In this document: positions 28,367-38,363 of the stretch, one piece after another | How the letters are laid out: the number at the start of each line of letters is the position of its first letter | Position numbering within the stretch: the stretch's first letter is position 1 | DNA from: Pseudomonadota bacterium | Lineage (GTDB): Bacteria > Bdellovibrionota > Bdellovibrionia > Bdellovibrionales > SG-bin7 | Direction: 5' to 3' | Length of the DNA: 64,000 bases | Assembly: GCA_034439715.1 (NCBI GenBank) | Contig: JAWXAY010000075.1 | Span: forward strand, 1,040 to 65,039 | Made by a program: the position numbers and the translations under genes | The notes under the pieces: model-generated | Databases searched by the model: none | The model's input: only the letters and a program-made list of their open reading frames with translations | What the model was told of the DNA's origin: nothing

Positions 28367-28831
28367 GTGCCTCGCATATCAACTTTGTTTCAAAATCAGT
28401 TTGTTTTTCATATGACGGGGAGAGCTCTTGGACATCGCTGGCAGGAGTGGGAGGCGCGGCTCCAACAAGAATCCAAAAATAAAAAATTAACCGTACATGC
28501 TTTTGTACTGATGTCGACACACTTTCATTTACTGTTGAGTGTAAAAACTAAAGAAAACCTAGATGTCGAATTCGAAGGTACGACATATTCCGTTAACAAT
28601 TTCGAGCAGTATAAAAATTCTTATAGATATATTTACCGGAACCCCGTTGTGGCGGGGCTTTGTCTGCGGGCCGAAAACTATCCTTTTAGCACATTGCCAT
28701 TAATACTTGGAAAAAGAAGTTCAAAAATTCCCGTGGTCGATCATATGGGATTAATCGTGGATCCCCAAAAAATACTTGAGTGGATCAACACAAATCCAAC
28801 AGCTCGGCCCAAGTATTCACGATATGATTAG
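28367..28831 (+). mobile_element. REP-associated tyrosine transposase-like (RAYT/Y1 HUH) gene, internally shortened
   Basis: MPR start, FHMTGR, AFVLMSTHFHLL (HUH), YIYRNPVVAG, YPFST. Confidence 0.8.
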
Positions 28832-29429
28832 CTTTGGCTTTTTCCAACTCTTCACGGGAACCAAAACCCCATAGCACACCGATTGATTTTATATGGTTTT
28901 TTTGCGCAGCATGAATGTCATGCTCGCGGTCGCCAATCATTACACAATCGTTGGCAATCAGTTTTTCTTGATGAAGCAAATAAGATAAAAGATCCGCCTT
29001 GTCTGCTCTAAGGCCGTCGAGCTCTGGACCGTAGATTTTTTTAAAATATTTGTCTTTGCCGAAATGTTTGAGGACTTTTTCAGCGAGGGGCAGGGGCTTC
29101 GAAGTGGCGACATATAACTGATGTTTTATTTGTAATTGGGGAAGTGCCTCATCAATCTCAGGAAAGAATCGATACTTAAATATCCCAATGTCCGTATGGT
29201 GCTTGCGGTAAAGGGCGATAAACTTCGCACCAAGTTCGTTATGGCGTTCACCTAACAAAGAGACTACTGATTTCTGAACGGGGGGACCAATGCAGGCACG
29301 GATATCGTTATCTGGCGGAGGCTGGAGGCCCAATTCGGCGAAGGCCGAATGAAGACTCGTGCTAAAGGCTTCAAAAGGGTCGGCCAGTGTTCCATCTAAA
29401 TCAAAAAGCAAGTTCATAGACGGCAGCAT
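28785..29429 (-). CDS. HAD-IA hydrolase (phosphoglycolate phosphatase/nucleotidase-like)
   Basis: FDLDGTL, ATSK, MIGDREHD, WGFGS. Confidence 0.92.
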   Translation of the reverse strand: MLPSMNLLFDLDGTLADPFEAFSTSLHSAFAELGLQPPPDNDIRACIGPPVQKSVVSLLGERHNELGAKFIALYRKHHTDIGIFKYRFFPEIDEALPQLQIKHQLYVATSKPLPLAEKVLKHFGKDKYFKKIYGPELDGLRADKADLLSYLLHQEKLIANDCVMIGDREHDIHAAQKNHIKSIGVLWGFGSREELEKAKANHIVNTWAELLDLC

Positions 29430-29639
29430 ACAATTGCTAAATGGCTAGTTCAAATCATTAGTTGCGGACATGAGGGTTGGTGTTCGGAAATAATTTTATC
29501 CATTTGGGTTCTAAGGTATTGAAAGGGTTGGACCACAACTTGAATGGAAGCTTAAGTAAAAGGTTCAGAGGCTTTTAATTGACAGACTTAAGGCCTCCGA
29601 CTAAATCCAAAACTAACAACCTTCAAAGGGAGAAAAAAT

Positions 29640-30059
29640 ATGTCTGGAGTTAATAAAGTTATTCTAGTGGGTCGACTTGGCGCTAATCCTGAAGTTCGTA
29701 CGATTAACGGCGGTCAAACGGTAGCTCACTTTAACTTAGCAACCAGTGATGTATGGCAAGATGCTAATGGCCAAAAGCAAGAGCGCACACACTGGCACCG
29801 AATTGTTGTGTGGGGAAAGCTCGCTGAAGTTTGTGGTCAACATTTAAGCAAAGGGCGACAAGTATACGTCGAAGGCAAACTTTCTAATCGTTCATGGGAA
29901 GATAAAAATGGCCAAAAGCGTTATACGACTGAAGTTATCGGCGCAACCGTTCAATTCTTGGGCAGCCCTGCTGAACGTGAAACTCCAGCTTCCGAGACTA
30001 ACCCTCAGGAGTTTGACTCTTCTCCAAACTTTGAAGCCAACGAAGAAATTCCTTTTTAG
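29640..30059 (+). CDS. ssb: Single-stranded DNA-binding protein
   Basis: VNKVILVGRLG, WHRIV, acidic C-terminal EEIPF. Confidence 0.97.
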   Translation: MSGVNKVILVGRLGANPEVRTINGGQTVAHFNLATSDVWQDANGQKQERTHWHRIVVWGKLAEVCGQHLSKGRQVYVEGKLSNRSWEDKNGQKRYTTEVIGATVQFLGSPAERETPASETNPQEFDSSPNFEANEEIPF

Positions 30060-30070
30060 TTACACTGAAT

Positions 30071-31054
30071 TTACTGAATTTTTGTAATTTGAGGATTGGA
30101 ACCTGCGCGACCGGCAATACGGCATCTGTAGCGTAAGGTTCCGCCTTCTCCGCCAGCTTTGCATGCAGACAGCAAAATATCTAACAGGGGCAGGGCACCC
30201 GATAGGTACTGACTAATTTTTAAATCTAAATTTACTGAAAAATTCCCAAACTGCGGGGTCAGATTTCCGTTGTACATCGCCAGAGTCAGGTCAACTTTGC
30301 CATCAACTTTACAATCAAGGTCATCATCACTCGCCAAGAGAGAACTTTTTTCGATGACCAAAGTTTTATCCGCAAGCTGCAGATTCAGATCAATTTTTTT
30401 AAAGCGAATGGCTTTAGACAGTGGTTGATAATACATCTCACCTTCGACTGGCACAGGTAACTGAGTGAGTTCCAATTTTTTGCTTCCGACAACCAGACTG
30501 CCCTTGGGCTGTTCTGAAAAACTGGGGTCGAAGCTTCCGTCAAATTCTCCATCAAAAACACCATTGGCGAAAGATGTCAGTTTCGCCAGCTTCAAAATTT
30601 GATCAATACGAATATCTTCCCAGCCAGCACTAATGTCGTAGAGCATTTTCTTATCTTTACTTTGATCTTTAAAAGACATCGAAAGGTCGCCGCCAAAAAG
30701 TCCTCCTGCAGAAATACTGGCACCTAACTTACTCGATAGCAGGGCGAGAATTGAAGGGGCAATCGTTAAAGAGCGGAGACTAATTTCTGGCAATGGATTC
30801 ACTGTTACGGACACTTTAGAAAATTGAAGTCCTGGACGGGGAATAATATCGATTCCCATATCTTCAAAGTGTAGGCTTACGGCGCCCTGGGTCTGTTCTG
30901 AAATCTTAGAGTTAACGAGGTCACCTAAATCGCCGAATGGAAAAAGAAACAATGAAAAGAATAAAGTAGCGGTCATGAGTGCCAGGATTTTTTTCTTGTG
31001 GTTCTTAAATACACCGATAACTGATTGGATGAGTGCAGAGAGAATTTTCTGCAT
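30071..31054 (-). CDS. gspN: Type II secretion system protein N
   Basis: N-terminal TM ending FP, beta-rich body; last gene of the gsp operon. Confidence 0.7.
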   Translation of the reverse strand: MQKILSALIQSVIGVFKNHKKKILALMTATLFFSLFLFPFGDLGDLVNSKISEQTQGAVSLHFEDMGIDIIPRPGLQFSKVSVTVNPLPEISLRSLTIAPSILALLSSKLGASISAGGLFGGDLSMSFKDQSKDKKMLYDISAGWEDIRIDQILKLAKLTSFANGVFDGEFDGSFDPSFSEQPKGSLVVGSKKLELTQLPVPVEGEMYYQPLSKAIRFKKIDLNLQLADKTLVIEKSSLLASDDDLDCKVDGKVDLTLAMYNGNLTPQFGNFSVNLDLKISQYLSGALPLLDILLSACKAGGEGGTLRYRCRIAGRAGSNPQITKIQ

Positions 31055-31758
31055 TACTCAGTTTCTCCACGAGGTTTGCGTCGCACTTTAGTGGGCCGCT
31101 TATTTTCGGTATCGGAGGGCTCCTCAGAAGAATCAATTTCAGGGCGAGGAAGGTTGAACGAGGCTAGTGTATAAGTGGTTTCAAAGTAGTGGCTGTCTTG
31201 AGGGTTGGAGCGAACTTTTAACCCCACAAGTTTTACCGATGGGCTGAGGTCTTGGAAGTCAAAGGCGAGACTCACCAATTGGGTGAGATTAAGTTGTTTA
31301 AAAGATACGATAAGTCCCTCGATGGACAGATCCTTGGCCCCAAAGGGTGCCATGTTTACCATCGTGGGTTCCATCGGGCCTACTTGTTCGGCGATCAAGC
31401 CCTGTCCTGCGATACGTGATTGAATCATTGACTTTAATTGATCGGACGACGGTGCGGGGGGCAGTTGAGGTGTGGTTTTTAGCTCACGGTTTACTTCAAG
31501 TAGCCGGCGGATCAGAGACTGGTTATCCTCAAATTGCGAAATGGAATCGCTGGCTGTATTGAGATAAGAGAATGGAAAAAGAAATAAAAATGAGAGGGTT
31601 AAAAATGCAGCCACGCCGGCCATAATTATTTTTTGAGTTCTTGCAGGATAGGAATCAAACTTTTCTTTTAAAGAAGTATAGGCCTGAGACTCTTGCACCC
31701 GCTCCCAATAGGGAGTGAAAAGTTCCAGAAGTTTTTCTTTGAGATCCGAAAAATTCAT
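31054..31758 (-). CDS. gspM: Type II secretion system protein M
   Basis: Single TM, coiled coil and ferredoxin-like C-terminus; position after gspL. Confidence 0.65.
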   Translation of the reverse strand: MNFSDLKEKLLELFTPYWERVQESQAYTSLKEKFDSYPARTQKIIMAGVAAFLTLSFLFLFPFSYLNTASDSISQFEDNQSLIRRLLEVNRELKTTPQLPPAPSSDQLKSMIQSRIAGQGLIAEQVGPMEPTMVNMAPFGAKDLSIEGLIVSFKQLNLTQLVSLAFDFQDLSPSVKLVGLKVRSNPQDSHYFETTYTLASFNLPRPEIDSSEEPSDTENKRPTKVRRKPRGETE

Positions 31759-33401
31759 TTAGTCGCCTTTACGTTTCGATCCACACTAATCTGAAAACCA
31801 AAGGACAGTGGGCCTTTGGCGATTTCGGGAGTCGTTTTTTTTACTTTAGAATCTTGAGAGGCCATCTTTAAACTGTTTTCAATAGCCAAAATTTGCTCTT
31901 GTCGCTTAACTGTACCCTCCACCAAAAAGTTTTGATTCTCAATTTCTAGCCGTAAAATATCAATGGTCTTTTCGGGCAAAGCCTCCGAAACTTTTTTAAG
32001 AACATCTAAAGCCGAGCTCATCTCTAACAGTCCAGCCACTTTTTTGCTGGCGTCAATAATTTTTCTATTTTCGCTAATATAGGTTGTGATATCCCTAGAA
32101 GTTATTTTCTTTTTAGAAATAAAATTTTTGGCAATCGTATTCATTCGCTCTTCGGAAGTAGTAGCAATTTTTAGAGCAAAACTTTCTTTAAAAATGCTAA
32201 AGACGCAGAAGGCGGCGAGTCCGGCCATAGCCAATTTTGCGGTATAGGACCACTTATGCCAAAATACTTCGAGTGTTATGTTCTTGAGACCAAAATCCTC
32301 CTTGCGGAAATTCAGAGGTGGATTTTTGGTTTTTTTTATTCCCTCAATGGCAAGTCCCAAGGCAACGCCGCAGCCAGTGACGATTGTCGGCGTTTTTTCA
32401 AAACTTACGCCGGACACATTTTGAAAGGGGTCAAAATAACTGCACGGAATTTCTAACTCCTGAGTCAAGTAAGCATTGATGTTTTTTACCCGACTGGCGC
32501 CTCCAGTAATTTGAAGACTCGTCACATAACAGTTGTGTTCTCCTGTAAGCTCCATAATCGTGAGCTTTAACTCACGAACCATCTCGTTAAAGCTTTCGAT
32601 TATGGTTTCGGAAAACAATACCTGATCACGGCTGGCACCTTCAGAATTCAAAAGCACGAAGGCCTTAGATTGGACCTCGCGCATGGCCTCAAGGTAAAGC
32701 ACGCCATATTTTTTGCTGACGAAATCTATAAGATTTTTTCCACCCCAAATTATAGTTCGGGTGCCAAAGAGTTTCTGATTTTTGAAAAGTGAGACTATGG
32801 TTTTTTTATGGCCCACACTAACGACTATGCTGCTCTGGCTAGGTGGCGATTTGGACGACGTGTCTCCTTGTTCTGAGGGCGTTTCCTCTTGCGGCGGCGC
32901 TTGGTCCCAGGCCTCGATGGTGTTGGCAATAGCCGCACTCTCCATGCTTATGATCTGCGGTTCAATGCCAGCATCGTGAGCCATGTGGAGAATTGCTTCG
33001 ACTTTGGGTTTGGGGGCAGCGCAGGCAATGACTTCGGCCACGTTACCGACGTACTTGATTATTTTTGAATCAAATATGGCGTTAGACATATCAAAAGGAA
33101 TTTCATCCTCAAGTTCAAAGGGTAAACTTTTGTTTATTTTTGAACGTTCGCGGAACGGAAAAAACTTATGCCTGGTGGTCACGCGATCTTGGGAAATGCC
33201 GAACACAAAGGTAGTGCTACCAAAATCCCGATTCTCGGCTACTTTTCTAAGTGTTTCTAAAATATTAATTTGGTTGTCAAAATGGGGGTCGGGATTTAGA
33301 GGGTATTCCGAGAGACTCTTTATAAAAAAGGTTTTTCCTGAAGTCTCAACTTCAGCAATTTTAATTGAAAATGTGCCCACATCAATGCCGATAGACTTCA
33401 A
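31755..33401 (-). CDS. gspL: Type II secretion system protein L (PilM/FtsA-like cytoplasmic domain plus TM)
   Basis: IGIDVGTFSIK, ITGGAS, LNFRK, TM, periplasmic domain. Confidence 0.8.
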   Translation of the reverse strand: MKSIGIDVGTFSIKIAEVETSGKTFFIKSLSEYPLNPDPHFDNQINILETLRKVAENRDFGSTTFVFGISQDRVTTRHKFFPFRERSKINKSLPFELEDEIPFDMSNAIFDSKIIKYVGNVAEVIACAAPKPKVEAILHMAHDAGIEPQIISMESAAIANTIEAWDQAPPQEETPSEQGDTSSKSPPSQSSIVVSVGHKKTIVSLFKNQKLFGTRTIIWGGKNLIDFVSKKYGVLYLEAMREVQSKAFVLLNSEGASRDQVLFSETIIESFNEMVRELKLTIMELTGEHNCYVTSLQITGGASRVKNINAYLTQELEIPCSYFDPFQNVSGVSFEKTPTIVTGCGVALGLAIEGIKKTKNPPLNFRKEDFGLKNITLEVFWHKWSYTAKLAMAGLAAFCVFSIFKESFALKIATTSEERMNTIAKNFISKKKITSRDITTYISENRKIIDASKKVAGLLEMSSALDVLKKVSEALPEKTIDILRLEIENQNFLVEGTVKRQEQILAIENSLKMASQDSKVKKTTPEIAKGPLSFGFQISVDRNVKATK

Positions 33402-33459
33402 TTTTTTATGCTCCCGTTCAAGCCTTTATTTTATGGACTTTTTTACGGTCTGGAAAGGT

Positions 33460-34740
33460 TTAATTTTCAAACCAATAAACTACCTGCGGTCGTCCCTTGG
33501 GGATTTCAGCTTTTTTTTCGGGTTCGGCTGGGGGCTTTTCTCCCGCTGCGGGTGTAACAGGGTTAACTCCACCTGGATCTTTGTCTGGATCTTGTTTTCC
33601 ACTGGTTTTTTCTTTGGTGAGGATGTCTTTTAAACGATCTTTTACGCGATCAAAGTCGTAGACAATGGCCACGACTTTTCGACTCATATTTGAGTAATTT
33701 CCCACGCTCGTTACCCGAAAGTTGAGAATGGAGTCAAACTCAAGTGGAATATTTTTTTCTTTGAGGGAATTTGTTCTTAGGCCAAGCCCCTCAAGAAACG
33801 AAAAAAAATCTTTTTCATCCTGAAAGGGACCACCTTTAAGTTCATCACTTCGACGCTCAATTATTTTATCGGCGGTTTCTTTTTCAATTGAAGGATCGAG
33901 AGACATCAGAACATCTTTCGGCGCTTGGTTTACGTTAATGGCTTTAGAGCCATAGACTGTAATATTGGGAGCTAAAACATCAAAAAAATCGTCTTCCATG
34001 CCGGCGACCATATGCAGCTCTTGTAAAGTTTTAAATGGTTGATTGGGGGGCAGGTCAGTAGCATCGGATTCAGTATATAACGAATTTTCGTCGCCGCTAT
34101 TTAGGCTCACCGTGTCCTCGTCGACCCAGTCAATCATGTTATTTACCAACTTCTCAAAATCATAGCCTTGATAGTCTTCAGCCCACTTATCTTCGCCTTT
34201 TAGTTTTGCATTAAAAATATTAAGAATTTTAATTTGAGTAGCTTCTCGCAAGTTTTTTGATTGAGAGCCTAGGTCATTGATATCTAGTTTGGCGCTTTCA
34301 TTTTCAATTGTGGTCATGTACTTGCCATCAAAAATAGATTCTTTAAGTACTTTATTGACCTCGTCTTGTGTAGTCCTCAGGGCGTCCTTAGGTAGAGGTA
34401 AAGGCCAAGGCAATGGCATTTGCCAAATTTTATCGAGCATCGAAGCATTGGGACCTAAATCTTTTCCAAATTGAGCGAGTGCCTTTTTATAGATTAAAAT
34501 TCTAAAAAGACTCATCTCGACTCCCGCCTTGGCCGCATAGTAAGCTCTTAGTCTATTAAGACCCTGCGAAGCCGAAAGACTTTCTATATTGGTACCATAT
34601 TGAACCTCAACAGCAATTGTTGTTAATAAAGTCATCGCAAAAATTGCCATGAGAAGTGCTACGCCACTTTGCGAATTCTTTTTTTTATTCATCCGCAGCC
34701 GGCGGAGTAAATTTTTCATCATCGATATTAGTTCCTCCAT
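33460..34740 (-). CDS. gspK: T2SS minor pseudopilin K (true start possibly about 34692-34722)
   Basis: SG|VALL class III signal without Glu5; KLDIN, IDWVDED, INVNQAP. Confidence 0.88.
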   Translation of the reverse strand: MEELISMMKNLLRRLRMNKKKNSQSGVALLMAIFAMTLLTTIAVEVQYGTNIESLSASQGLNRLRAYYAAKAGVEMSLFRILIYKKALAQFGKDLGPNASMLDKIWQMPLPWPLPLPKDALRTTQDEVNKVLKESIFDGKYMTTIENESAKLDINDLGSQSKNLREATQIKILNIFNAKLKGEDKWAEDYQGYDFEKLVNNMIDWVDEDTVSLNSGDENSLYTESDATDLPPNQPFKTLQELHMVAGMEDDFFDVLAPNITVYGSKAINVNQAPKDVLMSLDPSIEKETADKIIERRSDELKGGPFQDEKDFFSFLEGLGLRTNSLKEKNIPLEFDSILNFRVTSVGNYSNMSRKVVAIVYDFDRVKDRLKDILTKEKTSGKQDPDKDPGGVNPVTPAAGEKPPAEPEKKAEIPKGRPQVVYWFEN

Positions 34741-35569
34741 CTTTTGCTTTCTTGCCGTCGAGCGGTGTGTTGTTCGGATATCTCAAGGCGGCCACCAGAA
34801 TCATTGAATATTTTTTCTTGGAATCCAATTTTTTATCCTTCATTGTTAAGCGAATTTGTACGGCCTGGGGAAAGCGATTTCGGATTTCATTTTTTCCTTT
34901 ATCGTCGGTACGCCATTCCTTTTGCCAGCCTTCGAGTTCTTCGCCAAAGTAACGCAGCTCAAATTTTTCAACGCGTTCCAAAATAGCGGTGTCTGTTCCA
35001 CCCACGGTGAGGTCTTTGTCGATGTAGGGCGAGAGCTTTCTCCAGAGGCAATCTGAAGATTCCTTAACTTTACTTCCCCCTCGGCTTTGGCAGGGTTTAA
35101 TAAAATAGCCAATTTTAGCCTGATCGCTCTCGAGGGAATCCTTTAGAGTACGAACATTACTTAAGGAGCTAAAGTAGAGCGAGTTTTCTTCTCCCAAAAA
35201 GTGTGTACGAATTGGCGGTGGATCTTTGAGTTCAAAGAGTTCTTCTTGTGCTGGCGCTACGGGATTGGGAGAAACGGGATTTGGAGGGGAAGGATCATTG
35301 GGATTAGGAGGTATTACTGGGGGAGCTTTGGCCTCCTCTTTAATTTTCTTTAATAATTCATAATGAATATTTCGGTAGTTAAAGGCCAAGTTAATATCCC
35401 GCTCAATAATACGTAAAACATCCCTCATGTTCGAAGTATGATCGATTTCATTCTGTACTTTGGTCCTGTCCTTGAGAGCTTTCCCAATAGAGTTGGCTGT
35501 CAGAACCGAGAGTGCTCCCAATATTGTTATGGCTACTAACACTTCTATTAGCGTAAAGCCCTTTTTCAT
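34685..35569 (-). CDS. gspJ: T2SS minor pseudopilin J
   Basis: G|FTLIE signal; Pro-rich insert; FPQAVQI. Confidence 0.85.
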   Translation of the reverse strand: MKKGFTLIEVLVAITILGALSVLTANSIGKALKDRTKVQNEIDHTSNMRDVLRIIERDINLAFNYRNIHYELLKKIKEEAKAPPVIPPNPNDPSPPNPVSPNPVAPAQEELFELKDPPPIRTHFLGEENSLYFSSLSNVRTLKDSLESDQAKIGYFIKPCQSRGGSKVKESSDCLWRKLSPYIDKDLTVGGTDTAILERVEKFELRYFGEELEGWQKEWRTDDKGKNEIRNRFPQAVQIRLTMKDKKLDSKKKYSMILVAALRYPNNTPLDGKKAKDGGTNIDDEKFTPPAADE

Positions 35570-36066
35570 TTTCCGGCTCCCGAAGGACTGAGGGCGATAT
35601 CTTTATTGTAGTCGACGATGTAAGAGGTGAGGGCATAACGTTTAATCTCTTTCCCCTTTTTCAATACAATAACTGTCACTTTGATTTCCTTAATTGATTT
35701 ACTGAGAACTTCGGTCAATTGCTTAACAATGGATGTTTCCATGTCACTAACCCGATCCTTTTCGCTCGTCAGAAGGCTCGCTAAATCTGGCATGGTAAAT
35801 TCTTGAGAATTAAATTCCCACTTGTAATCCGGAAAGTCCTTTCCAAAATCGCCAGTGTCCTCTTCATCAATTTTTTCGAGCGGCGCATTTTGATACTTGA
35901 GTTCCATCTCGGTCATTTTCTGTTGTAAAAGAAACGTTACTTCATTGTAGAGTCTTGCCTTCCTTAAGCGTAAGACGTTTCCCCCCCAAGTACTGCTGAT
36001 AATAATTAGAGAGAAGCTTAAAATCATCATGGCCACGAGGGTTTCAAGTAAAGAAAATCCCTTCAT
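35566..36066 (-). CDS. gspI: T2SS minor pseudopilin I
   Basis: G|FSLLE signal; operon order. Confidence 0.82.
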   Translation of the reverse strand: MKGFSLLETLVAMMILSFSLIIISSTWGGNVLRLRKARLYNEVTFLLQQKMTEMELKYQNAPLEKIDEEDTGDFGKDFPDYKWEFNSQEFTMPDLASLLTSEKDRVSDMETSIVKQLTEVLSKSIKEIKVTVIVLKKGKEIKRYALTSYIVDYNKDIALSPSGAGK

Positions 36067-36668
36067 TGAGCCCTAATTTCTTTAATTGAAATATCACTGG
36101 TGTAGATATCGACTTTTCCGGTAATGGGATGAATAGCAATGGTCCATTTTAACTTTGCGCCGGCTGACAAATGAATGGCTGTCTCTTCAACCAAGCCCTC
36201 AGGCAAAAAATGAACATAGGCCATACCACTATCGATCACTTCATCGCTTCTGGCGTACTCCACGCTCGTGATTTCAAATCCATTGGGCACTTCTTGCTTG
36301 CCGCCACGAACAGCTCTCTTGTCTATTGAAAAAAGGGATTTTTTTTCATCATCTTCGTCATCAAAAAGGCCTTTTTCTTCTTTTTTGGTTTCAAATAAAA
36401 CTTTGGAGTTAGATACTTCAGCCCAAATTTTATCAGGTTCTTTAGCGTTGATTTCAAGCGCCAATCTAAATGTGACATTTTGAAGTTTGGCACGATTATG
36501 GAGACTTCGAGACAGAGCCGCGAGGTCTCGAACTATTTTCTTCATATCTTGGTTGGGACTTCGAAGTTTTTGTGCGGCAATAACTACCATAAATCCTATG
36601 ATAGCTAAAACCACGAGAACTTCTATGAGCGTAAAGCCGCTCCTATTCTTTCGCTGCCTCTTCCTCAT
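36063..36668 (-). CDS. gspH: T2SS minor pseudopilin H
   Basis: G|FTLIE signal; FLPEG motif; start set at ATG 36668. Confidence 0.82.
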   Translation of the reverse strand: MRKRQRKNRSGFTLIEVLVVLAIIGFMVVIAAQKLRSPNQDMKKIVRDLAALSRSLHNRAKLQNVTFRLALEINAKEPDKIWAEVSNSKVLFETKKEEKGLFDDEDDEKKSLFSIDKRAVRGGKQEVPNGFEITSVEYARSDEVIDSGMAYVHFLPEGLVEETAIHLSAGAKLKWTIAIHPITGKVDIYTSDISIKEIRAQ

Positions 36669-37107
36669 TAGTGATGTCAGAGTCATACCCGCTTCCGCCC
36701 TCTTTTTTATCTTTACCGAGGGACTTTAACAAGTAATTGCCGCCGCTATTTTCGTACTGGATTTCATTGCCAAAGGGATCTTTCATAAGGCTAGGTTTTA
36801 TATAGGCTTCGGGACCCCAGCTCTCGCAACCCGTTCCCTCCTGATTCAAAAGCCCTCTCAGGCCGGCATCGGTGGGAGGGTAATCATTGCAATCGGAATT
36901 GTAAAGATCGAGCGCCTTGCCCAATTCAGAAAGCTGAGCTCGCGTTTGCCGCTGCTTGGCTTTGTTAAAGTTCGACATAATTTTTTGCCCTAACATCGCC
37001 ATCACGCCACCGACGATCGCAAGCACAATCATAATTTCAATTAAAGTCATACCTTTATCGTTACGCTTACTGGTCAGTTTACAGTTACCTTTTTTGGTGA
37101 GCCACAT
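36643..37107 (-). CDS. gspG: T2SS major pseudopilin G
   Basis: G|MTLIE, YP...GL..L, KDPFG, SLGKD..EGG...DSDI. Confidence 0.92.
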   Translation of the reverse strand: MWLTKKGNCKLTSKRNDKGMTLIEIMIVLAIVGGVMAMLGQKIMSNFNKAKQRQTRAQLSELGKALDLYNSDCNDYPPTDAGLRGLLNQEGTGCESWGPEAYIKPSLMKDPFGNEIQYENSGGNYLLKSLGKDKKEGGSGYDSDITNEEEAAKE

Positions 37108-37139
37108 CTGAGAATCCCCCTAGTAGATCAAATACATTA

Positions 37140-38357
37140 CTAAGATATGTTAGCCATTTCAAACATAGGAATCAAGATTGCGAAAACGATCATGCCGATA
37201 ACGCTTCCCATTATCACAATAAGAATTGGGTTTAAAATAGAAGTAAGTCCGTCCACTCGAGTCTTGACTTCAAAGTCGTAGGCCTCACTTACCTGTAACA
37301 GCATATTTTCTAGATCGCCCGTTTTTTCACCAATATTTATCATGTTGGTAACGATGGGTGGAAACTCGCCCGATTTTTTTAAGGGGCCGGCAATATTTTC
37401 ACCTTCGCTGATATTGTCTCGAGCTTGATCAATGGCGCGGGCCAGTACCGCGTTATTGACGACATTTCTGACGATGTCCATTGCGGTCAGCATTGGCACT
37501 CCGCCGGTGAGCAAGGTGGCTAACGTGCGAGTGAAGCGACTCACGGCTATTTGTCGGGCGACTTTACCAACGACGGGGATTTTTAAAATAATGGTGTCCC
37601 ACTGGGCAGATCCACTTGGAGTCGAAGTCCAGCTTTTAAAAAATATCCATATGGCAAAGAATCCGGCCAGCACCCACATCCAGTTATTGACCATAAAACC
37701 ACTCGCGTTAATTACAACAAGAGTATACCACTCTAGTTTTAATTCGGGAGCTGCTTCAAAGACCTCTATAAGTTTTGGAACAACGAAAATAAACATAAAA
37801 GTCAACATGCCCATGGTGACGATCATCATGATGATGGGGTACATAAGGGCTGATCGAATTTTTGCCTGAAGTTGACTTTGTGATTCCGTAAATTCTGCGA
37901 GCCGAATCAAAATCACATCGAGGGTACCCGACATTTCCCCCGCTTCTACCATCGACACATAAATATTTTTGAAAATTCGCGGGTATTTGGCTAATGATTT
38001 GGCGAGCGATGAGCCCTCGTTGACCATATTTTTAATATCCGCGAAGGCTTCTTTTAAAGTTTGATTCTCCACTTGTTCAGAAATGGCATTTAGGCTTTCT
38101 ACCAGAGGGACGTTGGCCTTTAATAAGGTGGCTAATTGACGTGTGGCCATCGAGAGATCCTCAACGCCGACGCTGCGACCACTTGATAATTTCTTTTTAC
38201 TCCCTTTTTTTTCAACTTTTTGTTTGTCGTGAATTTCTACGACATAAACCCCTTCTTTTTTGAGTTTAGTACGCGCCGACTTTAAATTTTCAGCATCCAC
38301 GGTACCGCGGATATTTTTACCTAAATTGCTAATTCCTTTGTATTCAAATATTGGCAT
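37140..38357 (-). CDS. gspF: T2SS inner-membrane platform protein F
   Basis: AGEMSGTLD, ALMYP, GEKTGDLE. Confidence 0.95.
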   Translation of the reverse strand: MPIFEYKGISNLGKNIRGTVDAENLKSARTKLKKEGVYVVEIHDKQKVEKKGSKKKLSSGRSVGVEDLSMATRQLATLLKANVPLVESLNAISEQVENQTLKEAFADIKNMVNEGSSLAKSLAKYPRIFKNIYVSMVEAGEMSGTLDVILIRLAEFTESQSQLQAKIRSALMYPIIMMIVTMGMLTFMFIFVVPKLIEVFEAAPELKLEWYTLVVINASGFMVNNWMWVLAGFFAIWIFFKSWTSTPSGSAQWDTIILKIPVVGKVARQIAVSRFTRTLATLLTGGVPMLTAMDIVRNVVNNAVLARAIDQARDNISEGENIAGPLKKSGEFPPIVTNMINIGEKTGDLENMLLQVSEAYDFEVKTRVDGLTSILNPILIVIMGSVIGMIVFAILIPMFEMANIS

Positions 38358-38363
38358 AATAAA

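Noticed and set aside
32983-33633. 216-aa plus-strand ORF
   Set aside because: Antisense to gspL/gspK; composition typical of a shadow frame.
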